From an uncultured Planctomycetota bacterium (GTDB lineage Bacteria; Planctomycetota; Planctomycetia; Pirellulales; Lacipirellulaceae), in assembly GCA_963719315.1 (NCBI GenBank), contig CAVRBU010000013.1, positions 64,001 to 128,000 of the forward strand: a stretch of 64,000 nt of DNA, in the 5' to 3' direction. Of the stretch, positions 1-11,509 are shown piece by piece (the stretch's first letter is position 1; each line of letters starts with the position of its first letter). The notes under the pieces are model-generated. The model made no database searches and was not told the origin of the DNA. It was given only the letters and a program-made list of their open reading frames with translations. The position numbers were made by a program, and so were the translations under genes.

Positions 1-2229
1 GCTCAACTCGAGATCGACCACGTGCTTCAAATCCTCCTCGTTCAAATGGCGGAAGACGATGATGTCGTTCACGCGGTTGATGAATTCCGGCCGGAATACC
101 TTTTCGATTTCCTCGACGACGCGGCCCTTCATACTTTCGTAGGTCGCGTCCTGGTCTGGCTTGGCGAAGCCGAATGCCGCCTCGTTCTTAATCGCTTCGG
201 CCCCGGCGTTGGTCGTCATGATCAGGATCGTGTTGCGAAAGTCGATGTTCCGGCCGAAGCTGTCGGTCAGCCGGCCTTCTTCCATCACCTGCAATAGCAT
301 GTTGAATACTTCCGGGTGGGCCTTTTCGATTTCGTCGAGCAGTACCACCGCGTACGGTCGGCGGCGAATTTGCTCGGTAAGCTGGCCTCCTTCCTCGTAG
401 CCGACATATCCCGGCGGGGCGCCGATCAGCCGGCTCACGTTGTGCTTCTCCATGTATTCGCTCATGTCGATTTGAATGAGAGCTTCGGAGTCGCCAAACA
501 TGAACTCGGCCAGCGCCTTTGCAAGCAACGTCTTGCCGACGCCGGTCGGCCCGGCGAACACAAACGTGCCGGTCGGGCGCTTCGGATCCTGCAGACCGCT
601 GCGGCTGCGGCGCACGGCCCGGGCGACGGCTTTGATGGCCTCGTCCTGGCTGATGACGCGCTTGTGCAGCTCGGTTTCCATCTGCATCAGGCGGAGCGAA
701 TCTTCAGTCGTCATCCTCGTGAGCGGAATTCCGGTCATCTTTGAGACGACTTCGGCAATCACATCCTCATCGACGACGCCACCGTTCTCGCGCGACTTCT
801 CGCGCCATTCTTTGGTGATCGTCTGCTTCTTCTTCTTGAGCTTGTCGGCTTGATCGCGCAATCGAGCCGCCTGCTCGAAATCCTGGTTTGCAACCGCCTC
901 TTCTTTCTGGCGATTGAGCGCTTCGACCTCATCATCAATCTCCTTGAGATTGGGCGGCTTCGACATACTCTTAAGTCGCACGCGGGCGCCGGCTTCGTCG
1001 ATCACGTCGATCGCCTTATCCGGCAGGCAGCGGCCCGTGATGTAGCGGTCCGACAAGTCAACCGCAGCTTGCACCGCATCGTCCGTGATTTGCACGCGAT
1101 GATGCTCTTCATACCGATCGCGGAGACCACGCAGAATCTGTACAGTATCTGCGGGCGTGGTGGGCTCGATAAGCACTTCCTGGAACCGGCGAGCAAGGGC
1201 CGAGTCCTTCTCGATGTACTTGCGGTACTCGTCGAGGGTGGTGGCACCGATGCACTGAATTTCACCGCGGGCCAGGGCTGGTTTGAGGACATTCGAGGCG
1301 TCGATCGCCCCTTCGGCTCCGCCTGCACCAACCAACGTGTGCAACTCGTCGATGAACAGAATCGTGTTCTTCGCCCGGCGGACTTCGTTCATCACTGCTT
1401 TAATCCGCTCTTCGAATTGGCCGCGGTACTTGGTGCCGGCGACCATCATTGCCAGATCGAGCACCACAATTCGGCGATCGAGCAAGAGCTCGGGCACGTC
1501 GCCTTCGATAACGCGCTGCGCGAAGCCTTCGACGATGGCCGTCTTGCCGACGCCCGCTTCGCCCAACAAAACCGGGTTGTTCTTCGTGCGGCGACTGAGT
1601 ATCTGAATCGCTCGCTCGATTTCGTTCTCGCGACCGATAACGGGGTCGAGCTTCTTTTGGCGAGCGAGCTCAGTGAGGTCGCGACCAAAGCTGTCCAGCG
1701 CCGGTGTCTTGCTGCGGCTCTTGCGGCCTTCGTTGCCTTCCTCGCCAACTCCACCGCGGCCACCACGCTCACTGCCCTCTGCGCCTTCGATACCGTGGCC
1801 GAGCAGGTTGAGAACTTCCTCACGGACCTCTTCCAACTTCAGACCGAGGTTCATAAGCACCTGAGCCGCCACCCCCTCTTGTTCGCGCAACAGGCCGAGC
1901 AGAATGTGCTCGGTACCCACGTAGTTGTGGTTGAGGTTACGGGCCTCTTCCATCGAGTATTCGATGACCTTTTTGGCGCGCGGTGTCTGCGGCAGCTTGC
2001 CCATCGTGACCATGTCCGGTCCGCTCTGGACGAGCTTCTCGACTTCGAGGCGAATCTTCCGCAGATCGACGTCGAGGTTCTTGAGCACGTTGGCGGCCAC
2101 GCCGCTGCCCTCTTTGATGAGGCCCAACAATACATGCTCGGTGCCAATATACTCGTGATTGAATCGCTGCGCCTCTTGGTTGGCGAGCTGCATCACCTTC
2201 CGGGCTCGGTCGGTAAATCGTTCGTACAT
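1..2229 (-). CDS. clpC: ATP-dependent Clp protease ATP-binding subunit ClpC (runs off window start)
   Basis: Reverse strand from 2229 reads [32 protein letters not shown]. Walker A motifs GEAGVGKT and [17 protein letters not shown]. Absent from the ORF track because the stop lies outside the window. Confidence 0.95.
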   Translation of the reverse strand, partial: MYERFTDRARKVMQLANQEAQRFNHEYIGTEHVLLGLIKEGSGVAANVLKNLDVDLRKIRLEVEKLVQSGPDMVTMGKLPQTPRAKKVIEYSMEEARNLNHNYVGTEHILLGLLREQEGVAAQVLMNLGLKLEEVREEVLNLLGHGIEGAEGSERGGRGGVGEEGNEGRKSRSKTPALDSFGRDLTELARQKKLDPVIGRENEIERAIQILSRRTKNNPVLLGEAGVGKTAIVEGFAQRVIEGDVPELLLDRRIVVLDLAMMVAGTKYRGQFEERIKAVMNEVRRAKNTILFIDELHTLVGAGGAEGAIDASNVLKPALARGEIQCIGATTLDEYRKYIEKDSALARRFQEVLIEPTTPADTVQILRGLRDRYEEHHRVQITDDAVQAAVDLSDRYITGRCLPDKAIDVIDEAGARVRLKSMSKPPNLKEIDDEVEALNRQKEEAVANQDFEQAARLRDQADKLKKKKQTITKEWREKSRENGGVVDEDVIAEVVSKMTGIPLTRMTTEDSLRLMQMETELHKRVISQDEAIKAVARAVRRSRSGLQDPKRPTGTFVFAGPTGVGKTLLAKALAEFMFGDSEALIQIDMSEYMEKHNVSRLIGAPPGYVGYEEGGQLTEQIRRRPYAVVLLDEIEKAHPEVFNMLLQVMEEGRLTDSFGRNIDFRNTILIMTTNAGAEAIKNEAAFGFAKPDQDATYESMKGRVVEEIEKVFRPEFINRVNDIIVFRHLNEEDLKHVVDLELS

Positions 2230-2678
2230 GTATCTCTCCGGTGTAAGCAGCTAGCAAAATCCGCCGGGCGGAGATTTGCCGGTACGCTCTAATTGTACGT
2301 GTCAAGTCAAATGGGTCGCTGCGTTGGTCAGGCGAGCCAAGTCGGACCCGTTAGGATCGGCGATATGCAAGTAGATTCTTCAGCATTTGGGCGCGTTGCG
2401 CGTAGGTGCCACTCGGCAGCCTTCGTCCTGCTCAGGCGAACCGCGGCACCCACCCGGCAACTCGCCGATTGGACGCCGAATGGCACTTTGCGCCAACCGC
2501 AGAGCCTGAGAAAGTGTAGCCCCGGAATAGCTGCCATTCAAGGCAAGTAGTACGGCCATTTGGAGTTACGACGAGTAGCGAATCCTGCCTGGTTCTGTCC
2601 GCCCGGCGATTGAGCCACTATGATCGACAAGAGGTAGTAATACGTGTGTCTTTGATAGCAATCGTGCATTTGGGCCCT

Positions 2679-3776
2679 ATGTCGCAAATCGCTGTAATGC
2701 GAATTCTCGATGCCTCATTGAACCGGGCCACCGAAGGGCTACGCGTGGTCGAAGATTACGTGCGGTTCGTACTCGATGATCGGTTTTTGACAAGCCAAGC
2801 CAAAGACTTGCGACATGACCTAACGACTGTGGCGTCGATCCTGTCATCGCCCGAACGACATGCGGCCCGCAATACGGCGCAAGATGTCGGCACCACGATT
2901 TCTACCGAACGTGAAATCCAGCGGTCCGACACGTGGGATGTATGCCTGGCCAACCTCAAGCGTACCGAGCAATCGCTCCGCAGCCTCGAAGAATATGGAA
3001 AGCTTGTAAATCTTGACTTGGCTTGCCGATGCGAATCGCTCCGCTACCGGCTCTACACGCTGGAAAAAGCGATCGACGTGGGTCGCTCGAGCCGAGATCG
3101 ACTCTACAATGCATTGCTTTGCGTACTATTAGACGGCGGAAACAGCATTTCGGAGTTCGAGCAGCTTGCGCAGTCGCTCGTAGAGACGGGCATTGGCATG
3201 ATCCAACTCCGCGACAAGCACCTCGAAGACCGCCGATTGATCGACCGCGCCCGGCGGCTGCGACAACTCACCCAAAGCACGTTAACCCTGTGTATTATCA
3301 ACGACCGAGCCGACATTGCGGCGACCGTTGACGCCGATGGCGTCCATCTCGGCCAGGAAGATCTATGCGTCAAAGACGCCCGGTCGATCGTCGGCCCGCG
3401 AATGCTGATTGGCGTTTCGACCCACAGCATCATCCAGGCCCGGGCGGCCGTTTTGGATGGCGCCAATTACCTCGGTGCCGGACCGACGTTCGCCTCGAAC
3501 ACGAAAGCGTTCAAGCACTTCGCTGGCCTCGATTATTTGCAAGAGGTGGCTGACGAAATCCGCCTGCCGACGTTTGCGATCGGCGGCATCACCACCCGCA
3601 ACTTACCGAACGTGCTGGCGACCGGTATTTCGCGTGTCGCCGTGGGCAACGCGGTAACAGCCGTCGCCGATCCGGCTTGCGCGGCGCGGGAGTTGTTGAG
3701 TATGCTGGAACGGCAACCGGCCCGCGACCAGCGGTCGCGGCCATATGTCACAGATAATCTGGCCTTCGACTCTTGA
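2679..3776 (+). CDS. thiE: Thiamine-phosphate synthase with N-terminal helical extension
   Basis: QLRDK, IINDR, GVHLGQED, GVSTH and AIGGI motifs; N-terminal RILDASLNRATEGLRVVED domain typical of long ThiE. Confidence 0.9.
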   Translation: MSQIAVMRILDASLNRATEGLRVVEDYVRFVLDDRFLTSQAKDLRHDLTTVASILSSPERHAARNTAQDVGTTISTEREIQRSDTWDVCLANLKRTEQSLRSLEEYGKLVNLDLACRCESLRYRLYTLEKAIDVGRSSRDRLYNALLCVLLDGGNSISEFEQLAQSLVETGIGMIQLRDKHLEDRRLIDRARRLRQLTQSTLTLCIINDRADIAATVDADGVHLGQEDLCVKDARSIVGPRMLIGVSTHSIIQARAAVLDGANYLGAGPTFASNTKAFKHFAGLDYLQEVADEIRLPTFAIGGITTRNLPNVLATGISRVAVGNAVTAVADPACAARELLSMLERQPARDQRSRPYVTDNLAFDS

Positions 3777-3799
3777 CCCTCGAACCTCGACTTTTTCCA

Positions 3800-4873
3800 A
3801 TGCTGCACGCCGTAATCATGGCCGGCGGAACCGGCACCCGGTTCTGGCCGGCAAGTCGTAACGACACGCCGAAGCAGTTGCTCCGGCTAGTGGGCGAAGC
3901 CACAATGCTCCGCCAAACGCTCGATCGATTGGGCGACTTGGCGCCGAATGACCGGCGGATGGTCGTCACGAATAAGCGGTTGGTCGATTTGGTGCGCGAG
4001 CAGTTGCCCGAACTGCCGGCTTCGGCGATCGTCGGCGAGCCCTGCAAACGCGACACAGCGCCCTGTATCGGGCTGGCGGCGCTGTTGGTCAGCCGCCAAG
4101 ATCCAGATGCGACCATGGTCGTGATGCCGGCGGATCATATCATTCGGCCGGCCGAAAAATTCCAGGCTGCGATTCGACAGGCGGCTACGATGGTGGAAGC
4201 GTCGCCAGGGCGGATTGTGACGTTTGGGATCAAGCCATCGTACCCGGCGGAGGTATTTGGGTACATTCACCGCGGCGATATGCTTAATCCGCAAGTGCCG
4301 GCATTCCGCGTGAAGCAATTCAAGGAGAAGCCGGACGCCGCTACGGCCAAGAAGTACCTCGATTCGGGCGAATACTATTGGAACTCCGGAATCTTTGTGT
4401 GGCGTTCGGCCACGATTCTGGACGCCCTGCGAAAGCGGCAGCCCGATATGCTGGATCACCTCGAAAAAATCGTCGACGCCTGGAACTCAAAGAATCGCGA
4501 CCTCTTATTCGAAGGCGAGTTCGCCGCCATCAAACCTATTTCGATCGATTATGCAGTCATGGAACACGCCAACGATGTCGTCGTGATCGAAGCCCCCTTC
4601 GCGTGGGACGACCTGGGCGGCTGGCAGTCGCTTGCCAGGCTGATGGGCAGCGACGAAAGTGGCAACACAGTCATCGGCAAGCACCTGGGCCTCAACACGA
4701 ACGATAGCATCGTGCGGGGCCACGGCGATCACCTGATCGTCACGCTTGGCATCAAGGATTGCATCATTGTCCACACGCCAAACGCGACGCTCGTGGCCGA
4801 CAAACACAGTGAAGAGCAGATCCGCCAGGTCGTTAAACGGATGGAAGAATTGGGTTGGTCGGATTACTTGTGA
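3800..4873 (+). CDS. manC: Mannose-1-phosphate guanylyltransferase
   Basis: AVIMAGGTGTRFWPASR..PKQ, FKEKP, WNSGIF, SIDYAVME and WDDLGGW motifs. Confidence 0.9.
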   Translation: MLHAVIMAGGTGTRFWPASRNDTPKQLLRLVGEATMLRQTLDRLGDLAPNDRRMVVTNKRLVDLVREQLPELPASAIVGEPCKRDTAPCIGLAALLVSRQDPDATMVVMPADHIIRPAEKFQAAIRQAATMVEASPGRIVTFGIKPSYPAEVFGYIHRGDMLNPQVPAFRVKQFKEKPDAATAKKYLDSGEYYWNSGIFVWRSATILDALRKRQPDMLDHLEKIVDAWNSKNRDLLFEGEFAAIKPISIDYAVMEHANDVVVIEAPFAWDDLGGWQSLARLMGSDESGNTVIGKHLGLNTNDSIVRGHGDHLIVTLGIKDCIIVHTPNATLVADKHSEEQIRQVVKRMEELGWSDYL

Positions 4874-4912
4874 CACCGCGACCCGCTGGGCGCGATTCGG
4901 CAGGCTACAATC

Positions 4913-5925
4913 ATGAATCGACGCCGTTTTTGTGCAGCCTTGGGAGCAACCGTTTGCGGCTTACGCGGCTCCGCGCGGAACCCGCTTCCCAGGCGCCTGC
5001 CGCGGCAGATACTAGTAGTTTCGACCTTATGACACTAATGAGTAAAACCGGCGGCGGAAAGCAATTCTGGGCCGACGTTTGGTTCTTCCACGATTGGCAC
5101 ATTCAGTGCCACGCGCTCACAAACCAGTATCGGCTGCTCGACGGCTCAAACCATCGCCAGGCATCGGGCACGTTCGAAGCCTGCCGCGACAAGCTGGAAG
5201 AAATCCGTCAGCGCGACAAGCTGCCACCAATGGAAGGCAAGGCGCTCATCCTGTTGCATGGCCTGTTCCGCACACGGGCGGCAATGTCGGCCCTCTGCAA
5301 AACAGTGAACGACGCGGGCGGCTACACCACGTTTTGCGTGGGTTACCCCACTACGCGCGGCAGCGTCGATTCGCACGCCCGCTCGCTCGACAGCGTGGTT
5401 CGCAGCCTCGAAGGCATGAGCCAAATCAATTTCGTCGCCCACAGCCTGGGGAATCTCGTCGTGCGTCGCTGGCTGTACAATTTCGACGAAGAGCAACGTA
5501 CGCTACCAAAGGGCCAGTCGTTCGGACGCATGGTGATGTTGGCGCCGCCGAATCGCCAGCCGCAGATTGCGACCACGCTGATTCGTGGTTCGGTGGCGAA
5601 TTTTGTCGCTGGCCCGGCCGCTCAAGAACTCGCCACCGGCTGGGAAGACTTGGAATCGAAGTTGGCAACGCCCAAATTCGAATTCGGCATTCTCGCCGGA
5701 GGCAAAGGCGACGATAAAGGCTACAACCCCCTGATCCCCGGTGATGATGACGCCGTCATCACGGTCGACGGTACGCGCCTGGCCGGTGCCCGCGATTTCC
5801 GCGTGCTACCTGTGATGCATACGTTTTTCATGGACGATAAGCGGGCCCAAGAGTTGACGCTGCGGTTCCTCAATGAAGGCCACTTCGAGAGCGATGCGAG
5901 CCGGCAACCAATAACGGCGGCATGA
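4913..5925 (+). CDS. Alpha/beta hydrolase (lipase-like); probable Tat signal separated by an apparent frameshift near 4970
   Basis: LLHGL, AHSLG nucleophile elbow, DDAVI and H motifs. ATG at 4913 gives MNRRRFCAALGATVCG in another frame; an in-frame ATG lies at 5029. Confidence 0.7.
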
Positions 5926-5930
5926 ACTTG

Positions 5931-6371
5931 ATGCGAATCGCCGGCATTGACTATGGCACCGTCCGGATCGGCATCGCGCTAGCCGATACCGAAGTCGGCA
6001 TCGCCGGACCATTCCAGAACTACTCCCGGCGTTCCGCGGCGCTCGATGCCGAATTCTTTGCGACTCTAACAAAAGCAGAACAAATCGGGCGTTTTATCAT
6101 CGGTCTGCCGGTTCACCTCGACGGCGGCGAGAGCCAGAAGTCAACCGAAGCCCGCACGTTTGGAGATTGGCTCGGCAACGCCACTGGTGTGCCGATCGAG
6201 TATTTTGACGAGCGGTTCACAACGGCCGAAGCCGAGTTGGTGCTGGGCGCGGCAAACCTCACGAAAAAGCAAAAGCAGGCTCGCCGCGATCAAATCGCCG
6301 CTCAAATCATGCTCACGGCATACCTCGAAGCCGGTGCCCGCGATCAAACAGATCCAGGCGCGATCGACTGA
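5931..6371 (+). CDS. ruvX: Holliday junction resolvase-like / pre-16S rRNA nuclease RuvX (YqgF)
   Basis: MRIAGIDYGTVRIGIA, IIGLP, DERFTT and DQIAAQIML motifs. Confidence 0.92.
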   Translation: MRIAGIDYGTVRIGIALADTEVGIAGPFQNYSRRSAALDAEFFATLTKAEQIGRFIIGLPVHLDGGESQKSTEARTFGDWLGNATGVPIEYFDERFTTAEAELVLGAANLTKKQKQARRDQIAAQIMLTAYLEAGARDQTDPGAID

Positions 6372-6486
6372 TCGCGTCCATCGTTTTGGTTTTCCGAGTA
6401 GCCGCGATTTTACGGATCGCCGGCCCCCGGCGAGCTATAAGCTCGCGGCTAGAGCACGCTTCATAACCATTTCCAAATACCATTGG

Positions 6487-7357
6487 ATGTCGAAGCTCAT
6501 TTTTGGCTGCGGTTACTTGGGACAGCTCGTCGCGCAACGATGGCGCATCGGCCGGCCACGAAGTGACTGCAGTCACTCGTAGCAAAGAGCGGGCAGAACA
6601 ATTTGAACGCGCTGGATTGTCCGCCATCGTCGCCGACGTCACACGGCCCACTTCGCTTCGCAGTCTGCCCAGCGCAGATACGGTTCTCTTTGCTGTCGGT
6701 TACAATCGTTCGACCTCCGCGTCTGCACCAACCATCGAAGAGGTTTACGCCGGCGGCATGCGGATCGTGCTAGCCGCCCTACCCTCAAACGTGGGCCGAT
6801 TCATCTACATCAGCACCACCGGTGTCTACGGTCCTGCCAGCGGCGAATGGGTCGATGAAACGACGCCGCCCGATCCGAGGCGCGAGGGAGGCCGGGCTTC
6901 CCTCGTGGCCGAGCAGGCGCTGGCCGCGCATCCGATGGGCGCCCGCAGCATCATCTTGCGACTGGCTGGCATTTACGGTCCGGGCCGCGTGCCATTCATC
7001 GACAAACTTCGTGCGGGCGAGCCAATTCCCGCCGCAGCGCGTGGCTACTTGAATCTCATCCACGTGGAAGACGCGGCGCGCGTAGTTGTGGCGGCGGACT
7101 GTGTTGAACAATCAACCATTGGCCCGCATGTCTATTGCGTCAGCGATGGTCACCCCGTCGCGCGAGGTGACTATTACAGTGAAGTGGCACGGCAAATCAA
7201 TGCTCCGCCGCCTCGATTTATCGAGCCCGATCCAAACTCGCCGCGAACTGCACGAGCCGAGAGCAACCGTCGCATTCGCAACGACCGGATGCTCGCCGAC
7301 CTGCGCGTGAAGCTCGCATACTCCGACTATCGAGCGGGCCTGGCCGCGATTCTCTGA
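6487..7357 (+). CDS. NAD-dependent epimerase/dehydratase (atypical SDR, YeeZ-like); apparent frameshift near 6545
   Basis: MSKLIFGCGYLG Rossmann motif in one frame, continuing as GHEVTAVTR..YISTTGVYG..LRLAGIYGPGR in the next frame. Confidence 0.8.
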
Positions 7358-7485
7358 AATGTAGTGATCGGCATCTCTAGTTCCTACGCTCTGCGCGGGA
7401 ACGAGTCGCCTGCCTCTGGTTGCGAACCTGCCCCCGAAACTTTATCATCGATGGTTCCCGCACTCGTCCGGTTTGAAGGAATTGC

Positions 7486-8277
7486 ATGGCCGTTTTGAAG
7501 CGTCAACCGCTGTTTCCGCACGTCATCGAGCTAAATACTCAAGCTCGGCGGCGGATCAGTTGCAGTGTGTATCTCATCTACGATGACGATAACAACTGGG
7601 CACTGATCGACCTGGGTTACGAAGACGCGGTCGACGAGTGCCTCGAAATCATTCGCCAGCTAGATTTTCCTTTCTCGAAGTGCGTAACGCTCATTGCTTC
7701 GCACGCCGACGTGGACCACATTCAAGGTTTTGCTAAGGCCAAGCAGATTCTCAAGACGACCGTCACCTGTCATCCTTTTGCTGCCAATCCGCTTGAATCG
7801 GGCGACAAGCTGATGACATACGCCGAGATTGCCGCCCAGAACATTCACCTCGAAATGCCAACCGTCAAGGTCGAGAATCTGGTGGAAGATGGCGACCGGA
7901 TTCGCGTTGGCAAGCTTGATCTCGAAGTTTGGCACACCCCAGGCCACACCGGCGGCCAACTCTCGTTCCGCCTCGGCAAGCTGCTGTTCTCGGGCGACAA
8001 CCTATTCCGCGACGGCTGTGTTGGCGCGATCGATGCCCACCATGGCAGCAGCATTCCCGATTTTATCAAGTCGCTGCAACGAATCCGTGCCAGCGACATC
8101 GAATGGCTGCTACCAAGCCACGGGCCCGTGTTTCGCAAGGATGATCGCCTGATTGACCGTACGATCGCCCGGCTCGAAACATATCTCCACATGGCCGACT
8201 TCGGCACGTGTGCTATCGACTGGCCGCTCATGGACCAGTGGGAACGGGAACTCGTCGACGGCAAGCAACCTGAATAG
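7486..8277 (+). CDS. MBL-fold metallo-hydrolase
   Basis: [20 protein letters not shown] and LPSHG motifs; GAAGGA RBS. Confidence 0.9.
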   Translation: MAVLKRQPLFPHVIELNTQARRRISCSVYLIYDDDNNWALIDLGYEDAVDECLEIIRQLDFPFSKCVTLIASHADVDHIQGFAKAKQILKTTVTCHPFAANPLESGDKLMTYAEIAAQNIHLEMPTVKVENLVEDGDRIRVGKLDLEVWHTPGHTGGQLSFRLGKLLFSGDNLFRDGCVGAIDAHHGSSIPDFIKSLQRIRASDIEWLLPSHGPVFRKDDRLIDRTIARLETYLHMADFGTCAIDWPLMDQWERELVDGKQPE

Positions 8278-8282
8278 GCAGG

Positions 8283-8342
8283 GTAGGTCGGACAATTCTG
8301 TCCGTCGCGCTAGCGGATGACGGACGGCAATGTCCGTCCTAC
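8283..8342. repeat. GTAG-type REP doublet (inverted pair)
   Basis: GTAGGTCGGACAATTCTGTCCGTC...GACGGACGGCAATGTCCGTCCTAC immediately after a stop codon. Confidence 0.7.
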
Positions 8343-8598
8343 ATTGCCGCTAACCGGCAAAGTTTCACACGCTATCAGCCTCACTCGGTCCGGTCGTGCG
8401 GGTTGTGCCGGATTTTCGCTCAATCCGGTTTGTAACGCCGGTCGATGCTACTACGGACGCCGGCACCTCGCCGGGTGGCATGCCCTCGCTCGCCCGAGCA
8501 TGCTCACGCGAAGCAACTCACTCACCCGGGCGAGCGTGGGCATGTACTTGCTTCACGAGAGCTTGTCACCCGCACAGCTAACGACTCAGGGGGAAGTG

Positions 8599-8925
8599 AT
8601 GATCCGCCGGATATATTTCGCGGTAAGCGCCGTCGCGCTGCTCGCCGTCTTGTCGCCGGCCCCTCGTGCACACGCCGAACAGGCGTACGGCCGAGCCTGG
8701 GGCCACACGTACAACACGACAGATTGGGACCGCTTTTACCATTACCCATACGTGTATTACCCACAGAATTTTTGGGGCAATGAGTACTACCGCAGCGCGG
8801 ATAGTCTGTATTACCGCTATCCGGCCGAGATGCGGATTCCCGTTTACAATCGCCACTGGTTCAACGAATACCCCACTCCACGCCCATATTACCGAGGGGC
8901 CCACTTCGTCCTCGACATCTTCTAA
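8599..8925 (+). CDS. Small secreted Tyr/Trp-rich protein
   Basis: Signal peptide MIRRIYFAVSAVALLAVLSPAPRAHA; aromatic-rich mature part; GGGGGA RBS. Confidence 0.75.
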   Translation: MIRRIYFAVSAVALLAVLSPAPRAHAEQAYGRAWGHTYNTTDWDRFYHYPYVYYPQNFWGNEYYRSADSLYYRYPAEMRIPVYNRHWFNEYPTPRPYYRGAHFVLDIF

Positions 8926-9372
8926 CCACCGGCCGGTGGTTTCAGAATAAGCATTGCCGCGGCGCTAGCCGCGGCAGGCTGTGCGTCATGGTCCGGGGGG
9001 ACACTCATCGGCGCACGTTTGAGGATGAGGCCAAGCAGACCGCGGCGCCGGCAATCAGCCGGCGCCGCGGTCTCGTCTTTTGGCCGTTTCTCGCGCAGCG
9101 CGATCCTCATCGAAATAGCCGCGACCCGACAGGTCGCCGACGCCCGTGAGTGGGCAGGCGACCCCTCGTGCTCACTCAAGGCGTCTGAATCCACTTTTGA
9201 AGCATTTCCTCCGGGTCCAATACCATGGCTGCCGATTGTACTTCCTTCTAATTTGTCGCTGGGGCGACGAGTTCTTCGGAAGTGGATTAGGCTAAGGAAC
9301 AAGCACCGCCTTGCATACATTCACTTCATGGTGCAGGCTGGAGGTTGACGCCCAAAAATCAGAATGCAACGT

Positions 9373-10917
9373 ATGCCGCGCTCGCAGGCAATCGCCGATT
9401 CACTCACCAAACAGCTCGATCAGAGCAGCCGGCCAATTTACGTGGTCGATGCGCAGCGGCGAATTGTGTATTGCAACTCGGCTTTATCCGCTTGGATCGA
9501 TTTGGAGCCGAAGCGAATTGTTGGCCGGCGCGTCGAATTCCACTCGGAAGAGCCGGACACGAATAATGCGGTCCGCAGAGACACGGCCCCGCTTACCGAT
9601 TTGTGCCCACCGCCGCACGCGCTGGCCGGCAATGCCGGCTATGGCACGATCAGTTGTCTGGCCCGCGACGGCCGCCTGCTCCATCGTGCGGCCGACTTCG
9701 TGCCGCTGGGCCGCGCTCCGAAGGCGCAACTACCTCGCGGCCAGCAGAGTTCGCAACAGGTCGCGGTGCTGGTGCTGCTTGCCAGTGAAGACCTGTCGCC
9801 GCAGGAGGTGGCGGCAGAGGTCGCCAGCGACCCGACGTCCGACGATCTGCATCGCACAATTCGCCGCTTTCGTCACCGTCAGGGCCAACGCTACTCGATC
9901 CAATCGTTACTCGGCACGAGTGCAGCAATGGAAAAGGTGCGGGCCCAAGTCGAGGCGGCTGCAGCCAGCGGCGCCAACACGCTGATTTACGGTCATCGTG
10001 GCAGCGGGCGGTCGCACGTTGCGTTGGCGATTCACTATCGAGGGGCAGACGATAATGATGCTTCACTCTTCCCCGTCGACTGCCAGACCCTGACCGACGA
10101 TATGATCGAGCGGACCCTAAACAAATTGCGCCCGTCCCGTACAGCCGACGCGCGACCCACGCTGCTGCTTGAAAACCTCGAATGCATGTCGGCGTCTCAT
10201 CAATTGCTGCTCTTGGCGGCGATTCGGCAGAATTCAATTGATGCCCGTGTCATTGCGACAAGCGGGCCTCGCCGTGCGCCGGATGAATTTGAGGGAAGTG
10301 GACTCGACGCGAAGGATACGGCCGAGGGCGGCGAAGGTGAAGCGAACGGCATACGGAGCATTCCTGCTAAGTTGGACCCCGCGCTGATTGGTGCTATCTC
10401 CACAATCTCTATTCGAGTTCCGCGGCTGGTCGAGCGGCTCGAAGATTTGCCGCTCCTCGCGCAGTTTTCCCTGGAAGCCTGTAATCGAAACAATGGCAAA
10501 CAAGTCGGCGCGATACGACCGGATGCACTCGATTCACTGGCACTCTACAGTTGGCCGGGCGAACTCGATCAATTGCATGAAACCATTGCAGCGGCCCACG
10601 CTGGTTGCACGTCGCACGAAATAACGGCCGCTGATCTGCCGCCGACTTTTTTCCATGCGTTTCGCTCGGCGACACATGTTCGCCGGCAACCCGAGCGGAT
10701 TGTGCTCGATGAATTGCTCGCCTCGATCGAAAAGGAAGCCATCATGCGGGCTCTCGCCCTTGCCGGCGGCAACAAGAGCGAAGCGGCCATGCTTTTGGGC
10801 ATGACGCGGCCGAGGTTATACCGTCGGCTGGTTCAGCTTGGCCTCGCTGGCGATGAGTCCGACGCCGTGGAGCCAACCGAGTCGCCCGAATTCATTGAAC
10901 AAGACGCGGCCGAGTAA
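9373..10917 (+). CDS. PAS + degenerate sigma54-activator AAA+ + Fis-HTH transcriptional regulator
   Basis: PIYVVDAQRRIVYCN (PAS), YSWPGELDQL and GGNKSEAAMLLGMTRPRLYRRL; no GAFTGA loop. Confidence 0.8.
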   Translation: MPRSQAIADSLTKQLDQSSRPIYVVDAQRRIVYCNSALSAWIDLEPKRIVGRRVEFHSEEPDTNNAVRRDTAPLTDLCPPPHALAGNAGYGTISCLARDGRLLHRAADFVPLGRAPKAQLPRGQQSSQQVAVLVLLASEDLSPQEVAAEVASDPTSDDLHRTIRRFRHRQGQRYSIQSLLGTSAAMEKVRAQVEAAAASGANTLIYGHRGSGRSHVALAIHYRGADDNDASLFPVDCQTLTDDMIERTLNKLRPSRTADARPTLLLENLECMSASHQLLLLAAIRQNSIDARVIATSGPRRAPDEFEGSGLDAKDTAEGGEGEANGIRSIPAKLDPALIGAISTISIRVPRLVERLEDLPLLAQFSLEACNRNNGKQVGAIRPDALDSLALYSWPGELDQLHETIAAAHAGCTSHEITAADLPPTFFHAFRSATHVRRQPERIVLDELLASIEKEAIMRALALAGGNKSEAAMLLGMTRPRLYRRLVQLGLAGDESDAVEPTESPEFIEQDAAE

Positions 10918-10921
10918 TGCT

Positions 10922-11458
10922 GTGATCGAAACGCCCGCTTCTAGCTCATGGGTCGTATGTGAAAGCGAGGGCCGCTGGTCCGCCGCACTGCGGGTTGCGA
11001 TCGCACGGCAGGCAATCCTACCCGGGCAACCCATACGGACGTCCCGCGTCTACCAAGTTCGCAGCCTGGCCGAGATGGAATCCGCGACGCGCGGTCAGAT
11101 CGACGCTTTAGGACTCGTCGAAGTCCGGCCCGACAATCTGGCCGCTGTGTTGGAGCAGTTGGCGAAAAGGTGGCGACGAAATGTCCGGCTTGTAGCCCTT
11201 CTTCAATCCGATTTGGGCCGACAATCAGGCGACATTGGTGGTTTACGATTTCCAGCTCGCAGCCTAGTCACCGACGCCATTCTAGAAGCCGGCGCACTGG
11301 CGGTCATCGAATCGCCCCGGCATATTTCCACGGTGCTGGAATTGGTCAATCGCCGCTCAACAGTGCTTGAACAGCTCGCCGATCAATCTGGCAAGCAGGA
11401 TTCCCTTGCCTCTCTTGCAGAACAGGCCTGGGCCGCTCTTCCTTGGCAAGGTACGTGA
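10922..11458 (+). CDS. Hypothetical protein (possibly a degenerate receiver-like fold)
   Basis: ORF begins at a GTG just after the regulator stop; operon-like spacing. Confidence 0.55.
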   Translation: MIETPASSSWVVCESEGRWSAALRVAIARQAILPGQPIRTSRVYQVRSLAEMESATRGQIDALGLVEVRPDNLAAVLEQLAKRWRRNVRLVALLQSDLGRQSGDIGGLRFPARSLVTDAILEAGALAVIESPRHISTVLELVNRRSTVLEQLADQSGKQDSLASLAEQAWAALPWQGT

Positions 11459-11509
11459 CACACGTTAGCCTGGGGTTACAACTTCCGCTTGCGAAAGAGG
11501 TTCCAACCG

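Noticed and set aside
850..2292. 480-aa plus-strand ORF
   Set aside because: Antisense shadow of clpC; no recognisable motifs.
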